Shown here: positions 54,094 to 64,000 of the stretch, in pieces | Layout: each line of letters begins with the position of its first letter | How positions within the stretch are numbered: the stretch's first letter is position 1 | Assembly (NCBI GenBank): GCA_038230335.1 | Contig: JBBRNL010000003.1 | Coordinates: 59,085 to 123,084 of the forward strand | Source: Chthoniobacterales bacterium | GTDB taxonomy: Bacteria > Verrucomicrobiota > Verrucomicrobiia > Chthoniobacterales > UBA10450 | Length of the DNA stretch: 64,000 nucleotides | Direction: 5' to 3' | The notes under the pieces: generated by a model | The model's input: only the letters and a program-made list of their open reading frames with translations | Told to the model about the DNA's origin: nothing | Databases searched by the model: none | Translations under genes and position numbers: made by a program

Positions 54094-55116
54094 CTACCTG
54101 AAGACGAGGCGCGTTTTGCCGGTGCCGCGCTCGATCTTGCCGATGCGTTTTGCGCGCAAGATTGTGGCGGTGCGTTTGGCGTGTTGCGCGGCGACGATGG
54201 CCACCATGCCGATGCCCATATTGAAGACCTGATACATCTCCTCAGGGTTGACCTTTCCATTTTCTTGCAGCACTTCAAAAAGGCGTGGCACACGCCAGCT
54301 GCCTGTCTGGATCACGGCGTCGCATCTTTTTGGCAGGATGCGCGGAAGATTATCGATGAGGCCGCCGCCGGTGATGTGGGCGAGGCCCTTCAACACGCCG
54401 GGAGCAATCCGGGCAAGCAACGGCTGGTAGTTTTTATGTACGCGCAGCAACTCCTGGCCAAGGCTCACGCGAGATCCGGGCCATCGTGACGATGGCCGGA
54501 GCCCCATCTTCTGGAACAAGATTTTCCGGGCGAGGGAATAGCCATTGGTGTGCAAACCGTTGGAGGCGAGGCCAAGAACGACGTCGCCGGGTTTGATCTT
54601 CCGGCCGTCGATAATTTTCGACCGATCGACCACACCCACGATGGATCCGGCAAGGTCGTATTCGCCTTTCCGGTACAGGCCTGGCATTTGGGCCGTCTCA
54701 CCCCCGAGGAGCGCGCAGCCGGCCGCAAGGCAGGCTCGCGAGAATCCGTGCATTAACTGATGGAAGACGCGCGGAGACAGCTTTGCGCAGCCGATGTAAT
54801 CGAGAAAAAAAAGCGGACGCGCTCCGACGACGGCAATGTCGTTGACGCAATGATTGACGAGGTCAGCGCCCATCGTGTCGTGCTGATCGAGCGCGAATGC
54901 GATTTTGAGCTTGGTCCCGACGCCATCAACACTCGCGACCAGGACTGGATCGCGCATATCGCTAAAGTGCGCCTGGAAGAGACCGCCGAAACCCCCGATC
55001 TTTCCCAGAACCCGAGGTCCATGTGTTTGCCTAACGAGTTTCTGGATCCCCCCCTTGAGACGATTACCCAGGTCGACGTCCACGCCCGCGGCGGCATATG
55101 CCTTTTTCTTTGTCAT
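54094..55116 (-). CDS. purM: phosphoribosylformylglycinamidine cyclo-ligase (AIR synthetase)
   Basis: YAAAGVDVDLGN, DGVGTKL, GGETAQMPG and HITGGG are present. It lies downstream of purF/purL. Confidence 0.95.
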   Translation of the reverse strand: MTKKKAYAAAGVDVDLGNRLKGGIQKLVRQTHGPRVLGKIGGFGGLFQAHFSDMRDPVLVASVDGVGTKLKIAFALDQHDTMGADLVNHCVNDIAVVGARPLFFLDYIGCAKLSPRVFHQLMHGFSRACLAAGCALLGGETAQMPGLYRKGEYDLAGSIVGVVDRSKIIDGRKIKPGDVVLGLASNGLHTNGYSLARKILFQKMGLRPSSRWPGSRVSLGQELLRVHKNYQPLLARIAPGVLKGLAHITGGGLIDNLPRILPKRCDAVIQTGSWRVPRLFEVLQENGKVNPEEMYQVFNMGIGMVAIVAAQHAKRTATILRAKRIGKIERGTGKTRLVFR

Positions 55117-55187
55117 GTCGGGGCTGGCAGGGGCGGCTCACTCCGGCAGCTGCCGGACCCGGGCGATTGGGTCATTCGCCCCTACCT

Positions 55188-56786
55188 TCATTTTAAATCC
55201 CCGAACAAGCTGGGGTGCGCTTCTTCGGCGGCCAGGGCGCGCGCTCGTTGGTCCCGTTTTTCCATGATGAACTTGTCGAGCGCTGGGTCCACCGGCAGCG
55301 GATAATTTCCAGTGAAACAAGCCAGGCAAAATTCATTCACATCCCGACCGGTCGCCCGCACCATGCCTTCGACATCCAGATAACCAAGGCTATCCACCCC
55401 GAGATATTTGCAGATATCTTCCATGGTCATTTGATTGGCGATCAATTTGTCCGGATCGGGGAAGTCGATGCCGTAATGACAGGCAAAACGATGGGGTGGG
55501 CAGCTCACGCGCATATGCACTTCGCGCGCGCCGGCTTCGCGCAGATTGACCACGCGCGCGCGCGCCGTCGTGCCTCGGACGATGGAATCGTCCACTACGA
55601 CCACCCGTTTCCCCGCGACCATCTCCTTAATCAGATTTAGTTTTACCCGCACATCGAAGTCGCGGATGAGTTGGCTCGGCTGTAAAAACGTGCGCCCGAT
55701 GTAGTGATTGCGAACGAAGGCGTGCTCGTAGGGGATCTTGAGTTCCTCAGCAAATCCATGCGCGGCGTAATTGCCGGAGTCCGGCACGGGCACGACAATG
55801 TCGGCTTCGACCGGAAACTTACGGGCCAGTGCACGGCCCATCTCGGTGCGAACTTTCGCCACGTTGACGCCGCCGATAATGCTGTCGGGGCGCGAGAAGT
55901 AAACGTATTCAAACATGCAGAAGGCGGGCTGCTCCTGGCGGAAGGGATATTCCGAACGCAGGCCGTTTTCGTCGATGATGAGGACCTCACCCGGCTCAAT
56001 CTCGCGGATGAACTCGGCATGGATCAGATCGAAGGCGCAGGTTTCGGAGGCGAGAATATAGGCGCCGTCCAGTTTTCCGAGGGCCAACGGTCGCCAGCCA
56101 AACGGATCACGCACGGCGATGAGCTCGCGTTCGCTCATGATGAGCAGGGAAAACGCGCCCTGGATGCGGCGCAGCGCTCCCAGCACGTTACTGCCATTAT
56201 CGGAAGGCTGGGCGAGAAGATGTAAAATGATCTCGCTATCGGCGGTGGTTTGGAAAATGGAGCCTTTGCGTTCCAACTCATCGCGCAAGACATCGGCATT
56301 CGTTAGGTTGCCATTGTGGGCGATGCCCATCTGGCCGCGCACGCAATCGACCACGAATGGTTGCGCATTCTTGATCGTGCTCGCGCCCGTCGTGGAGTAA
56401 CGCGTGTGACCGAGCGCGCGCGTGCCTTTCAGTTTCTCCAACTCTTCCTGGCCGAAAACCTGAGAGACCAGTCCCATATCCTTGTGCATGGCAAACGTGC
56501 TACCGGGCCCGTTGCTCGTGACGATGCCAGCGCTCTCCTGGCCGCGATGTTGCAGCGCAAACAGTCCGTAATAGGTGAGGACCGCCGCATTGGGATGCCC
56601 GAACACGCCGAACAAACCGCATTCATGCTGGGGGAAGGCAGCCCGCTCGGGTAAGGCGTCGCCGTCTATCGGGTCGGAAGGAGGCACACGGAATGATCCA
56701 CCAGTTTGCCAGCCATTCAATTCATCAGATTGCGCGTGGGTGTGGCAAGGGCGGTTCACGATCCGCCATTCAATTCTCGGACGCAT
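55188..56786 (-). CDS. purF: amidophosphoribosyltransferase
   Basis: ORF 55188..56921. The catalytic N-terminal Cys lies in the context ECGLFGVFGH, followed by LQHRGQESAG and the PRPP motif VVVVDDSIVRGTT. The true start is uncertain (M at 56786 or nearer the Cys), and the long N-terminal extension overlaps purL. Confidence 0.9.
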   Translation of the reverse strand: MRPRIEWRIVNRPCHTHAQSDELNGWQTGGSFRVPPSDPIDGDALPERAAFPQHECGLFGVFGHPNAAVLTYYGLFALQHRGQESAGIVTSNGPGSTFAMHKDMGLVSQVFGQEELEKLKGTRALGHTRYSTTGASTIKNAQPFVVDCVRGQMGIAHNGNLTNADVLRDELERKGSIFQTTADSEIILHLLAQPSDNGSNVLGALRRIQGAFSLLIMSERELIAVRDPFGWRPLALGKLDGAYILASETCAFDLIHAEFIREIEPGEVLIIDENGLRSEYPFRQEQPAFCMFEYVYFSRPDSIIGGVNVAKVRTEMGRALARKFPVEADIVVPVPDSGNYAAHGFAEELKIPYEHAFVRNHYIGRTFLQPSQLIRDFDVRVKLNLIKEMVAGKRVVVVDDSIVRGTTARARVVNLREAGAREVHMRVSCPPHRFACHYGIDFPDPDKLIANQMTMEDICKYLGVDSLGYLDVEGMVRATGRDVNEFCLACFTGNYPLPVDPALDKFIMEKRDQRARALAAEEAHPSLFGDLK

Positions 56787-56835
56787 GGCTAAGGCGATTG
56801 AGGTCAATCGCCCCGACCTGGCCCGACGGGAACAA

Positions 56836-59196
56836 TTACAAACTGGGGAGGCGATCCGCCGATGAATCGCTCGCGAGGGCCAGGCTGATGGCATTCCACC
56901 ATTGGCCGTGCAGATCCTCAACCGGCCACCTGAAACACTCCCCGTCCGTGCGGACGATCAAATCGACTCCTCCAACCCAGCCGAGTTGCGATGCGCTTAC
57001 GTCGGACGAGCGCAAGGTTTCCAAAGCTTTTTCCGCGTCGCCCGAAGCAATCGAAAGGATGATGCGCGACTGAGATTCATTGAAAAGGGAAACTGCGGCG
57101 CCGGGTGAGTCCTCCGCGTCGGCCGGAGCGCGACGGCTACAGGCATCGAGATCGATCTCGGCGCCGACCGGTCCCTTCGGGTTGAAGCAGCATTCGGCCA
57201 GGGCCACAGCGATTCCGCCTTCGCTGCAGTCGTGCGCACTTTTGACCCACCCGGAGAGGATCAATTTGCGCACGGCTTGGTGGACCGCGATTTCCCGGGG
57301 GAGATCGATCTTCGGCACCGGACCTTGCTTTAGGCCGTGACAGACTTTCAGAAATCTTGAGGCGCCCAACCCGGGGTCATCCATTGCTGCGGCCGAGTGG
57401 ACGAGGATGATGACGTCTCCCGTTTGCTTGAACCATTGCGTGGTGATGTGTCGCTCGTCGTCGATTAAGCCGACCATGCCGACAGTGGGCGTGGGATCGA
57501 CCACTCCGGCGGGGCTCTCATTATATAGAGAGACATTTCCGCCAACCACCGGAGTGCCAAAGGCCCGGCAGGCTTCGGCCACGCCCTCGACCGATTCACG
57601 TAGCTGCCAGAAATTTTCCGGCTTATATGGATTCCCGAAATTCAGATTGTCCGTGACGGCGAGGGGACGGGCGCCCGAGCAGGTTAGATTCCGGGCTGCT
57701 TCGGCCACGGCGATTTTGCCGCCGGCGCGTGGATCGAGAGAACAGTAGAGCGAATTACAATCGGTCGTGGCCGCCAGAATCTTGTTCGCATATTTGACAT
57801 GGAAGACAGCAGCGTCAGATCCGGGCTTAACGATGGTACCGGTTCGCACGGTATGATCGTACTGGCGGTAGACCCAATTTTTGGAAGCGATGGTCGGATC
57901 GCGCAGCAACTGCCGAAGAGATTCCACCACAGATGAGGCAGAAATCGCCGAGATTTTGTTCAGTAACTCGGCGTTCTCCGCGATCGCTCCGGTTGGCTTC
58001 GTCGCTTCGCGCGAATAGAGAGGGGCTTCATCGGCCAGCGGCTTGGCTGGAATTTCAGCTGCGATCACTCCGTGGTTAAGGACCCGCATCATGCCGTCGT
58101 CCGTGACGCGACCGATCTCGGCGCAAGGGACATCCCATTTCTCGAAAATTTCGCGCACGATCGTTTCGCAACCCTGCTTCGCGATGATCAACATCCGCTC
58201 CTGCGATTCGCTCAACAGGATCTCGTAGGGAGTCATTTCCGTCTCCCGTTTCGGCACTTTGGCCAGGTCGATCTCCACTCCGCTGTTTCCGCGACTGGCC
58301 GTTTCGCAGGTCGAGCAGGTTAAGCCGGCCGCGCCCATGTCTTGAATTCCGGCGACGGCGTCGCGGGCGAGGAGTTCGAGACAGGCCTCGAGCAAAAGCT
58401 TTTCCTTGAACGGATCACCCACCTGGACAGCGGGCCGGTCTTCGCGGGATTCTTCGGTCAGTTCGCGCGAAGCGAAGGCGGCGCCGGCGAGGCCATCGCG
58501 TCCGGTTTCAGCGCCAACGTAAAAGACCGGGTTGCCCACGCCGCGGGCGGCGCCGCGCGCGAGTTGATCGTGCCGAAGGACTCCGAGACAAAAGACATTG
58601 ACGAGAGGATTTCCTTCGAAACTTTCGTCGAAATAAATCTCTCCACCGATCGTCGGAATTCCGATGCAGTTCCCGTAGTGGGCGATGCCAGAGACGACGC
58701 CGGTGAACAAGCGGCGGTTGTTAGGAATGTCGGATTTCGGATTTCGGATTTCGGATTTGGCGGGGGCTACGATCGGTCCGAAGCGCAATGAGTTGAGGCA
58801 AAACTCCGGGCGGGCGCCCATCGTGAAGATGTCCCGAATGATTCCGCCGACGCCGGTGGCTGCGCCCTGGAAGGGTTCGATCGCGCTGGGGTGATTGTGA
58901 CTTTCGATCTTGAACGCGATGGCCCAGCCATCGCCGATGTCGACCACGCCGGCATTTTCTTCGCCGGCCTTGACCAGAACATTAGGTCCCGTGGTGGGAA
59001 ATTTTTTGAGCTCTTTGCGCGAATTCTTGTAGGAACAGTGCTCACTCCACATGACCGAGAAAATCCCGAGCTCGGTAAAGTTCGGGTCGCGCCCGAGGAT
59101 GGTTTTGATGCGTTCGAATTCGTCCGGGGTGAGCCCGTGCCTGGCCACAAGGTCGGGAGTTACGGTGGGCGCGGCGATTGGATTGGGCATCGTCAC
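56836..59196 (-). CDS. purL: phosphoribosylformylglycinamidine synthase subunit PurL (FGAM synthase II)
   Basis: 786 aa. GIFSVMWSEHCSYKNS, ESHNHPS and NFGNP are present. Confidence 0.95.
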   Translation of the reverse strand: MTMPNPIAAPTVTPDLVARHGLTPDEFERIKTILGRDPNFTELGIFSVMWSEHCSYKNSRKELKKFPTTGPNVLVKAGEENAGVVDIGDGWAIAFKIESHNHPSAIEPFQGAATGVGGIIRDIFTMGARPEFCLNSLRFGPIVAPAKSEIRNPKSDIPNNRRLFTGVVSGIAHYGNCIGIPTIGGEIYFDESFEGNPLVNVFCLGVLRHDQLARGAARGVGNPVFYVGAETGRDGLAGAAFASRELTEESREDRPAVQVGDPFKEKLLLEACLELLARDAVAGIQDMGAAGLTCSTCETASRGNSGVEIDLAKVPKRETEMTPYEILLSESQERMLIIAKQGCETIVREIFEKWDVPCAEIGRVTDDGMMRVLNHGVIAAEIPAKPLADEAPLYSREATKPTGAIAENAELLNKISAISASSVVESLRQLLRDPTIASKNWVYRQYDHTVRTGTIVKPGSDAAVFHVKYANKILAATTDCNSLYCSLDPRAGGKIAVAEAARNLTCSGARPLAVTDNLNFGNPYKPENFWQLRESVEGVAEACRAFGTPVVGGNVSLYNESPAGVVDPTPTVGMVGLIDDERHITTQWFKQTGDVIILVHSAAAMDDPGLGASRFLKVCHGLKQGPVPKIDLPREIAVHQAVRKLILSGWVKSAHDCSEGGIAVALAECCFNPKGPVGAEIDLDACSRRAPADAEDSPGAAVSLFNESQSRIILSIASGDAEKALETLRSSDVSASQLGWVGGVDLIVRTDGECFRWPVEDLHGQWWNAISLALASDSSADRLPSL

Positions 59197-59376
59197 GGGA
59201 CGGTAGCGAATCCGGTCGGCCCCTCAATCGGACAAATCAACAAATTGGCTCGAATAAGATTGGAAGCGGGGAGTCCAAGTATTTCCCAGAGCGACGATTT
59301 AAAGACACAGCCGCACTCTTTGCGAATTTCGAATCGTAAAAGCAGAGTAATAAACAAACACAAAAACAGAGGGACT

Positions 59377-59853
59377 ATGATGAAGAATATAATGATCGCG
59401 CTGGCGTGCGCACTGACCGCGCCGTTGGCCTTCGGACAGACAAGTACCACGACGGAGCAAACGACCACGACCGTTCCGGTTACGACAACCGTGCCGGTTA
59501 CCCGCACCACCGAAACGACGACCACGGCGGTCGAGCCGGTTGCGCGCACCAGCGAAACCACCACGACGACGACGGCAGCCGTGCCAGTCGCGCGGACCAG
59601 TGAAAGCACTACGACCACGACGTACACCGATGGAACGGTGTCCACCTTCGAACCCGGTAAGACCATCGTGGTTCGCCGAGTCGGCGTCACGGATCCCATC
59701 AGTTATACGCTGGGCAAGACCGTTCACTTTGTGAACAAGGCCGGCCACGAGATCAAAGAACATATGATTCGTCCAGGCGCGCGCGTGCATGTCTATTATG
59801 ACGGCGTCGGCCAGACGCAGGTCGTGAATCGGGTCGTTGTCGACGACGACTAG
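59377..59853 (+). CDS. secreted Thr-rich repeat protein, unknown function
   Basis: It lies within ORF 58891..59853, with the realistic start MMKNIMIALACALTAPLAFG at 59377. Imperfect repeats TTTTVPVT / TTTAVEPVARTSE / TTTTTAAVPVARTSES are followed by a beta-rich C-terminal domain of about 80 aa. Confidence 0.6.
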   Translation: MMKNIMIALACALTAPLAFGQTSTTTEQTTTTVPVTTTVPVTRTTETTTTAVEPVARTSETTTTTTAAVPVARTSESTTTTTYTDGTVSTFEPGKTIVVRRVGVTDPISYTLGKTVHFVNKAGHEIKEHMIRPGARVHVYYDGVGQTQVVNRVVVDDD

Positions 59854-59889
59854 AATTTAGGGCGCGGCTCCAGGGCCGTATTTGGGAGC

Positions 59890-59929
59890 GAAGCCGCAGG
59901 CTCACGAGCCTGCGGCTTCCTGTTTTTCT
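59890..59929 (+). terminator. rho-independent terminator
   Basis: It has a perfect 12-bp stem gaagccgcaggc / gcctgcggcttc with a 6-nt loop, followed by ctgtttttct. It lies 37 nt after the stop of the Thr-rich gene. Confidence 0.75.
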
Positions 59930-59930
59930 G

Positions 59931-61412
59931 GTGGGCGCCGTGCGGCATCCCTGCCAGGTTGATTTTCGGTCCCAAATCGGGGACCATGGAAGCGTGGCCT
60001 TTGATCTGAAAGAGGTGATCGCCGCCCGGCTGGGCGAAAATTACGAACTGCACGAGCGGCATATCAACCGGACGCTGGTAGCGGCACAGCGAGTTATCGG
60101 ATTCGACAAGGTCTACGCGCGGGCGGAAGGCGCGTACCTCTACGACATGGATAACGCCGCCTATCTCGATTTTCTGAGCGGCTACAGCGTTTTCAATATT
60201 GGACGCAACCATCCGGTCGTGAAACAAGCGATCCGCGATGTGCTCGACCTTGATTTACCGAACATGGTGCAGATGGATTGCTCGTTGCTCAGTGGGTTGC
60301 TGGCCGAAGCAATCACGAAGAGGACGCCGCATCATCTCGATGCGGTTTTCTTTTGTAACTCGGGAACGGAGGCGACGGAGGGCGCGTTGAAGTTCGCCCG
60401 AGCCGCGACTGGTCGAAAGCGTGTGTTCTCGATGGAGAGCGCGTTTCACGGTCTCAGTCTGGGGTCATTATCGCTCATGGGGTGCGATAGTTTCACAGAA
60501 GGCTTCGGTCCGCTGATGGATGAATGGGACACGCGCATCGCCCTCGACGATCTAGCCACGCTGGAGCGGGAACTTTCCAAACGCGATGTCGCCGCGTTCG
60601 TGATCGAGCCGGTTCAGGGGAAGGGGTGCAAAACGCCGCAGGGCGATTTCTTCATCCGGGCGCAGGAGCTTTGCCGCAAGCACGGGACGTTGCTCATTTC
60701 GGATGAGGTGCAGACGGGCCTGGGGCGAACGGGAAAGATGTTCGGGTTTGAGCATTGGAATCTGGAGCCGGATATCATCACGCTGGCCAAGACACTGAGC
60801 GGTGGATATGTGCCGTGCGGAGCGATTGTGACGCGCCGTGAGATTTATCAGAAAACTTTCAGCCGGATGGATCGTTGTGTCGTCCACTCAACAACTTTTG
60901 GGCGCAACAATCTGGCCATGGCCTGCGGACTGGCTGCGCTGGAGGTGATCGATTCCGAAAATCTGGTGGCGAACTCTGCCCGCATGGGCGCGTTACTCAC
61001 GGAGAAAGTCGACGCCCTGCGTGCGAAGCATTCTTTCATCAAGGAAGTGCGCGGAAAAGGTCTGATGATCGGGATCGAATTTCACGAGCCAACCGAGTTC
61101 AAACTGAAGATGGCCTGGAAGCTCCTGCATAAAGTGGACAAGGTTCTGTTCGCCCAGATGGTCGTCACCCAGATGTTGAGCAAGCATCGCATCCTCACGC
61201 AGGTCGCCGGCCATGCCATGGACGTGGTGAAAATTCTTCCTCCCCTCATGATCGGCCCAACTGAGGTCGACAAGTTCGTGAGCGCGCTCGACGATGTTCT
61301 GTCGGAGTGCCGGAAGTTTCCGGGACCAATGTGGGAAATCGGCAATAACTTCGTGCGGCATGCGCTCGGCTCAAGACGTTCCGCCCCGGCTCGGCCCACC
61401 GTTTCGGCCTAG
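59931..61412 (+). CDS. class III (omega) aminotransferase
   Basis: It starts with GTG (an alternative GTG is at 59994). GSEATEGALKFAR, LISDEVQTGLGRTGKMF and the PLP-Lys region TLAKTLSGGYVP are present. Confidence 0.85.
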   Translation: MGAVRHPCQVDFRSQIGDHGSVAFDLKEVIAARLGENYELHERHINRTLVAAQRVIGFDKVYARAEGAYLYDMDNAAYLDFLSGYSVFNIGRNHPVVKQAIRDVLDLDLPNMVQMDCSLLSGLLAEAITKRTPHHLDAVFFCNSGTEATEGALKFARAATGRKRVFSMESAFHGLSLGSLSLMGCDSFTEGFGPLMDEWDTRIALDDLATLERELSKRDVAAFVIEPVQGKGCKTPQGDFFIRAQELCRKHGTLLISDEVQTGLGRTGKMFGFEHWNLEPDIITLAKTLSGGYVPCGAIVTRREIYQKTFSRMDRCVVHSTTFGRNNLAMACGLAALEVIDSENLVANSARMGALLTEKVDALRAKHSFIKEVRGKGLMIGIEFHEPTEFKLKMAWKLLHKVDKVLFAQMVVTQMLSKHRILTQVAGHAMDVVKILPPLMIGPTEVDKFVSALDDVLSECRKFPGPMWEIGNNFVRHALGSRRSAPARPTVSA

Positions 61413-61415
61413 ACT

Positions 61416-62468
61416 GTGCCCGATCCAATTAAGCGCGCGCTGCCCGGAGTCCGACCGATCCAGCGGGATCGCATCAGCCTTCTCCAATTCTCGGTCGAGG
61501 CGGAACGCTACGAGAAAATGCCGCAGCGTCGCTGCGGTTCGTCCGGACTGAAACTTCCGGCTATCTCGTTAGGGGCCTGGGAGACCTTCGGTGGTTATCG
61601 CGGCCCGGAAATCGCGCGCGATTGTATTTTCGGGGCGTTCAATCTTGGCATCACACATTTCGACCTGGCTAATAATTACGGCCGCCCGCCCGGGCGCGCG
61701 GAAATGATTGTCGGTCGCATTTTGGGCGAGATGCCGCGGGACGAGCTGGTCGTGTCGACCAAGGCTGGATTTCTCATGTGGCCGGGACCCTTCGGTCAGG
61801 GCTGCTCGCGCAAATCACTTCTGGCCAGCATTGATCAATCGTTGCAACGCCTCGGGCTGGATTACGTGGATATCTTCTACGCACACCGGTTCGACGGCGA
61901 AACGCTCCTCGAAGAGACGCTGGGCGCGCTCGATCAAATCGTTAGGCAAGGCAAGGCGCTCTACATTGGCCTGAGCAATTACTCCGGGCCCCAATTCGAA
62001 GAGGCCATGGCGCTGGCGGGAGAGCTTCGACTGGGCCCGATCATCGTCGAGCAGTCGAGCTACAGCATGCTCAACCGGCACATTGAAGCGGATCTGCTGC
62101 CGGCCGTCTCCCGTCTCCGGACCGGGCTCGTGACGTTCTCACCGTTGGCCCAGGGGCTTCTCAGTGAAAAATATCTGGATGGATTTCCGGAAGAGTCGCG
62201 CGCTGCGAAAATGTGGACGCCGGAGCAGCGCGCTGTCGTTGGTCCCGCCGTGCGTGAGCGGATTGCTAAACTAAACGAGGTAGCCCGTGGGCGGGGTCAA
62301 ACTCTGCCGCAAATGGCGCTGGCCTGGATTTTGCGCCGACCTGAGGTCACAAGTGCCTTGATCGGCGCATCGGACGTAAGCCAAATCGAGGAAAATGTGA
62401 AAGCGCTTCAAAACCTGGCCTTTTCCGAGGAAGAGCTGAGTCAGATTGATCAGGTTTGCGCAGGATAG
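61416..62468 (+). CDS. aldo/keto reductase (YghZ-like, L-glyceraldehyde-3-phosphate reductase type)
   Basis: The N-terminus ERYEKMPQRRCGSSGLKLPAISLGAWETFG parallels the YghZ-type N-terminus. FDLANNYG and the C-terminal IGASDVSQIEENV are also present. Confidence 0.85.
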   Translation: MPDPIKRALPGVRPIQRDRISLLQFSVEAERYEKMPQRRCGSSGLKLPAISLGAWETFGGYRGPEIARDCIFGAFNLGITHFDLANNYGRPPGRAEMIVGRILGEMPRDELVVSTKAGFLMWPGPFGQGCSRKSLLASIDQSLQRLGLDYVDIFYAHRFDGETLLEETLGALDQIVRQGKALYIGLSNYSGPQFEEAMALAGELRLGPIIVEQSSYSMLNRHIEADLLPAVSRLRTGLVTFSPLAQGLLSEKYLDGFPEESRAAKMWTPEQRAVVGPAVRERIAKLNEVARGRGQTLPQMALAWILRRPEVTSALIGASDVSQIEENVKALQNLAFSEEELSQIDQVCAG

Positions 62469-62727
62469 CAAAAGGCAGGCGGAGCGCCCGTCCTGCGGCG
62501 GTTTATCGAACAAAGCACGTCATCCTGAGCCAGCGAAGACGACGAAGGATCTCACCCACAGCGCGAGCTTCATATAAGTCTATCCCAGCGTGATCAATAG
62601 CACGCAGGCGGGTCAACACTCCGCCGGTCGAGGAATGTCCTGCGAGTTTCTGATTGTCGGCGCTGCCATTCGGAAATACGCTTAGGCGGGGTCGATGATC
62701 CCACCAGATACCACGGAGGACCGACCT

Positions 62728-63726
62728 ATGAGCACTGCTGTCGCGGACGAGAAAAAAACGGAAGGAAAGCTGACTCAGTTGGATCAGCTGAGAAAATTCA
62801 CCAAAGTCGTGGCTGACACGGGTGACTTTGAATCGATCAAAGATTTCAAGCCGCAGGACGCAACAACCAATCCAAGCCTGATCTACGCGGCCACGCAGAA
62901 CGAAAAATATTTTCATCTGCTTGATGAGGTCTTAGAGAGCCGGAAAAATTCCGGCCTAACCGGAGGAGCAAGGATCGAAGACACGATCGATCATCTGCTC
63001 GTCCAATTTGGCTGTGAGATTTTGAAAATCGTGCCGGGGCGCGTCTCGACCGAGACGGATGCGCGCCTGTCGTTCGATACGGCGGGCTCGATCAGCAAGG
63101 CGCGGCAGTTGATCAAGCTTTACGAGGAGCGCAAGATTCCGCGCGAACGCGTCCTGATTAAGATCGCCGCTACCTGGGAAGGGATCGCGGCGGGCGAGCA
63201 ACTCGAGAAAGAAGGGATTAATTGCAACCTGACTCTTATGTTTTCCCTGCCCCAGGCCGTGCGCTGCGCCGAGGGTGGGATCGAACTGATTTCGCCCTTC
63301 GTCGGGCGTATTTACGATTGGTATAAGGCCGCCAATAAACGGGATTACATCGGCGCGGAGGATCCGGGTGTGCAGTCCGTGCACGAGATTTACACGTACT
63401 ACAAAAAGTTTGGCTACAAAACGGAAGTGATGGGAGCGAGTTTCCGGAACATCAGTCAGATCGTGGAACTGGCCGGATCCGATCTGCTCACCATCAGCCC
63501 TGATTTGCTCGAGAAAATGGCGCAGTCGTACGAGCCGGTCGAACGGAAACTCGATCCGGAGAAGGCGAAGAAAGCCGACATCCAGCGCCTCAATTTGGAC
63601 GAGAAGACCTTCCGTTATCTGCTTAACGACAATGCCATGGCGACGGAGAAATTGGCGGAAGGAATCCGCAAATTCGCGGCCGACATCGTAAAGCTGGAGA
63701 TGTTCGTGGCGGGAAAATTGAGGTAG
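62728..63726 (+). CDS. tal: transaldolase
   Basis: ORF 62695..63726, with start taken at [31 protein letters not shown] and the Schiff-base Lys region [11 protein letters not shown] are present. Confidence 0.9.
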   Translation: MSTAVADEKKTEGKLTQLDQLRKFTKVVADTGDFESIKDFKPQDATTNPSLIYAATQNEKYFHLLDEVLESRKNSGLTGGARIEDTIDHLLVQFGCEILKIVPGRVSTETDARLSFDTAGSISKARQLIKLYEERKIPRERVLIKIAATWEGIAAGEQLEKEGINCNLTLMFSLPQAVRCAEGGIELISPFVGRIYDWYKAANKRDYIGAEDPGVQSVHEIYTYYKKFGYKTEVMGASFRNISQIVELAGSDLLTISPDLLEKMAQSYEPVERKLDPEKAKKADIQRLNLDEKTFRYLLNDNAMATEKLAEGIRKFAADIVKLEMFVAGKLR

Positions 63727-63921
63727 GGCGGCTTACCGAACCGCCCTCGGGCCATTTGGTCAATCGTCCCTACCGTTCATCAGACATAGAGAGTTGTGAG
63801 AGGTGCTTGTGTCAGGCACTTGTCTAAATAAGCAGGCGGTTGGCACAACCGCCTCTACAATCCGTGAAGGTAAAATCGGGCGCGATATCTGCCTGCACAA
63901 CGCGATCCTGACACAATCACC

Positions 63922-64000
63922 ATGTTCAACGTCGTCCTGATTGAGCCGGAGATTCCGCCCAACACGGGCAATATCGGTCGGCTTTGCCTAGCCACAAATT
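63922..64000 (+). CDS. trmL: tRNA (cytidine/uridine-2'-O)-methyltransferase TrmL-like, N-terminal fragment (runs off the window)
   Basis: Hand translation [26 protein letters not shown] matches the conserved TrmL/SpoU N-terminus ([13 protein letters not shown]). Confidence 0.65.
   Translation, partial: MFNVVLIEPEIPPNTGNIGRLCLATN

Noticed and set aside
56787-56921. N-terminal extension of the purF ORF overlapping purL
   Set aside because: The PurF catalytic Cys must be N-terminal after processing. The extension overlaps the purL 3' end and is Arg/Cys-rich junk, so a downstream start is more plausible.
58891-59376. N-terminal 160 aa of ORF 58891..59853
   Set aside because: This part is antisense to the 5' end of purL and crosses the purL start. 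A signal-peptide start (MMKNIMIALACALTAPLAFG) at 59377 gives a sensible gene.

Overview
This is a 64-kb window of a moderately GC-rich bacterial chromosome. Gene content and the style of the intergenic repeats suggest a PVC-group (Verrucomicrobiota-like) soil bacterium, but that is inference only. The housekeeping backbone is moaA'-moaC-mog, dnaX-ybaB, purL-purF-purM, a transaldolase and trmL'. Around it sit many exported hypothetical proteins, four aldo/keto reductases, two BNR/Asp-box proteins, a collagen-like protein and a hemopexin-repeat protein. The most interesting part is an 8.4-kb segment (about 25.05-33.54 kb) bracketed by tRNA-Val(TAC) and a 42-nt direct repeat of that tRNA's 5' half. 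It carries a compact class-I-lanthipeptide-like RiPP cluster. The cluster has two tandem precursor genes ending in ...TAVQTMC; the second is under 60 aa and so is missing from the ORF track. Next comes one ORF that fuses an HFCD (LanD/EpiD-type) flavoprotein to a LanC cyclase, and its stop overlaps the start of a full-length LanB dehydratase. The segment also contains a possible third precursor ORF and a TPR protein, with no transporter, leader protease, immunity gene or regulator in sight. The second candidate is a four-gene minus-strand cassette (39.6-44.3 kb). It encodes two stand-alone ClpB-D2-like AAA+ ATPases (one membrane-anchored), a membrane-anchored right-handed beta-helix protein and a single-pass membrane protein. 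An IS110 transposase remnant and a tRNA-like fragment flank it. A modular family of dispersed intergenic repeats is present, and one octamer may be over-represented. All functional calls come from reading motifs in the translated ORFs; no database search was possible.
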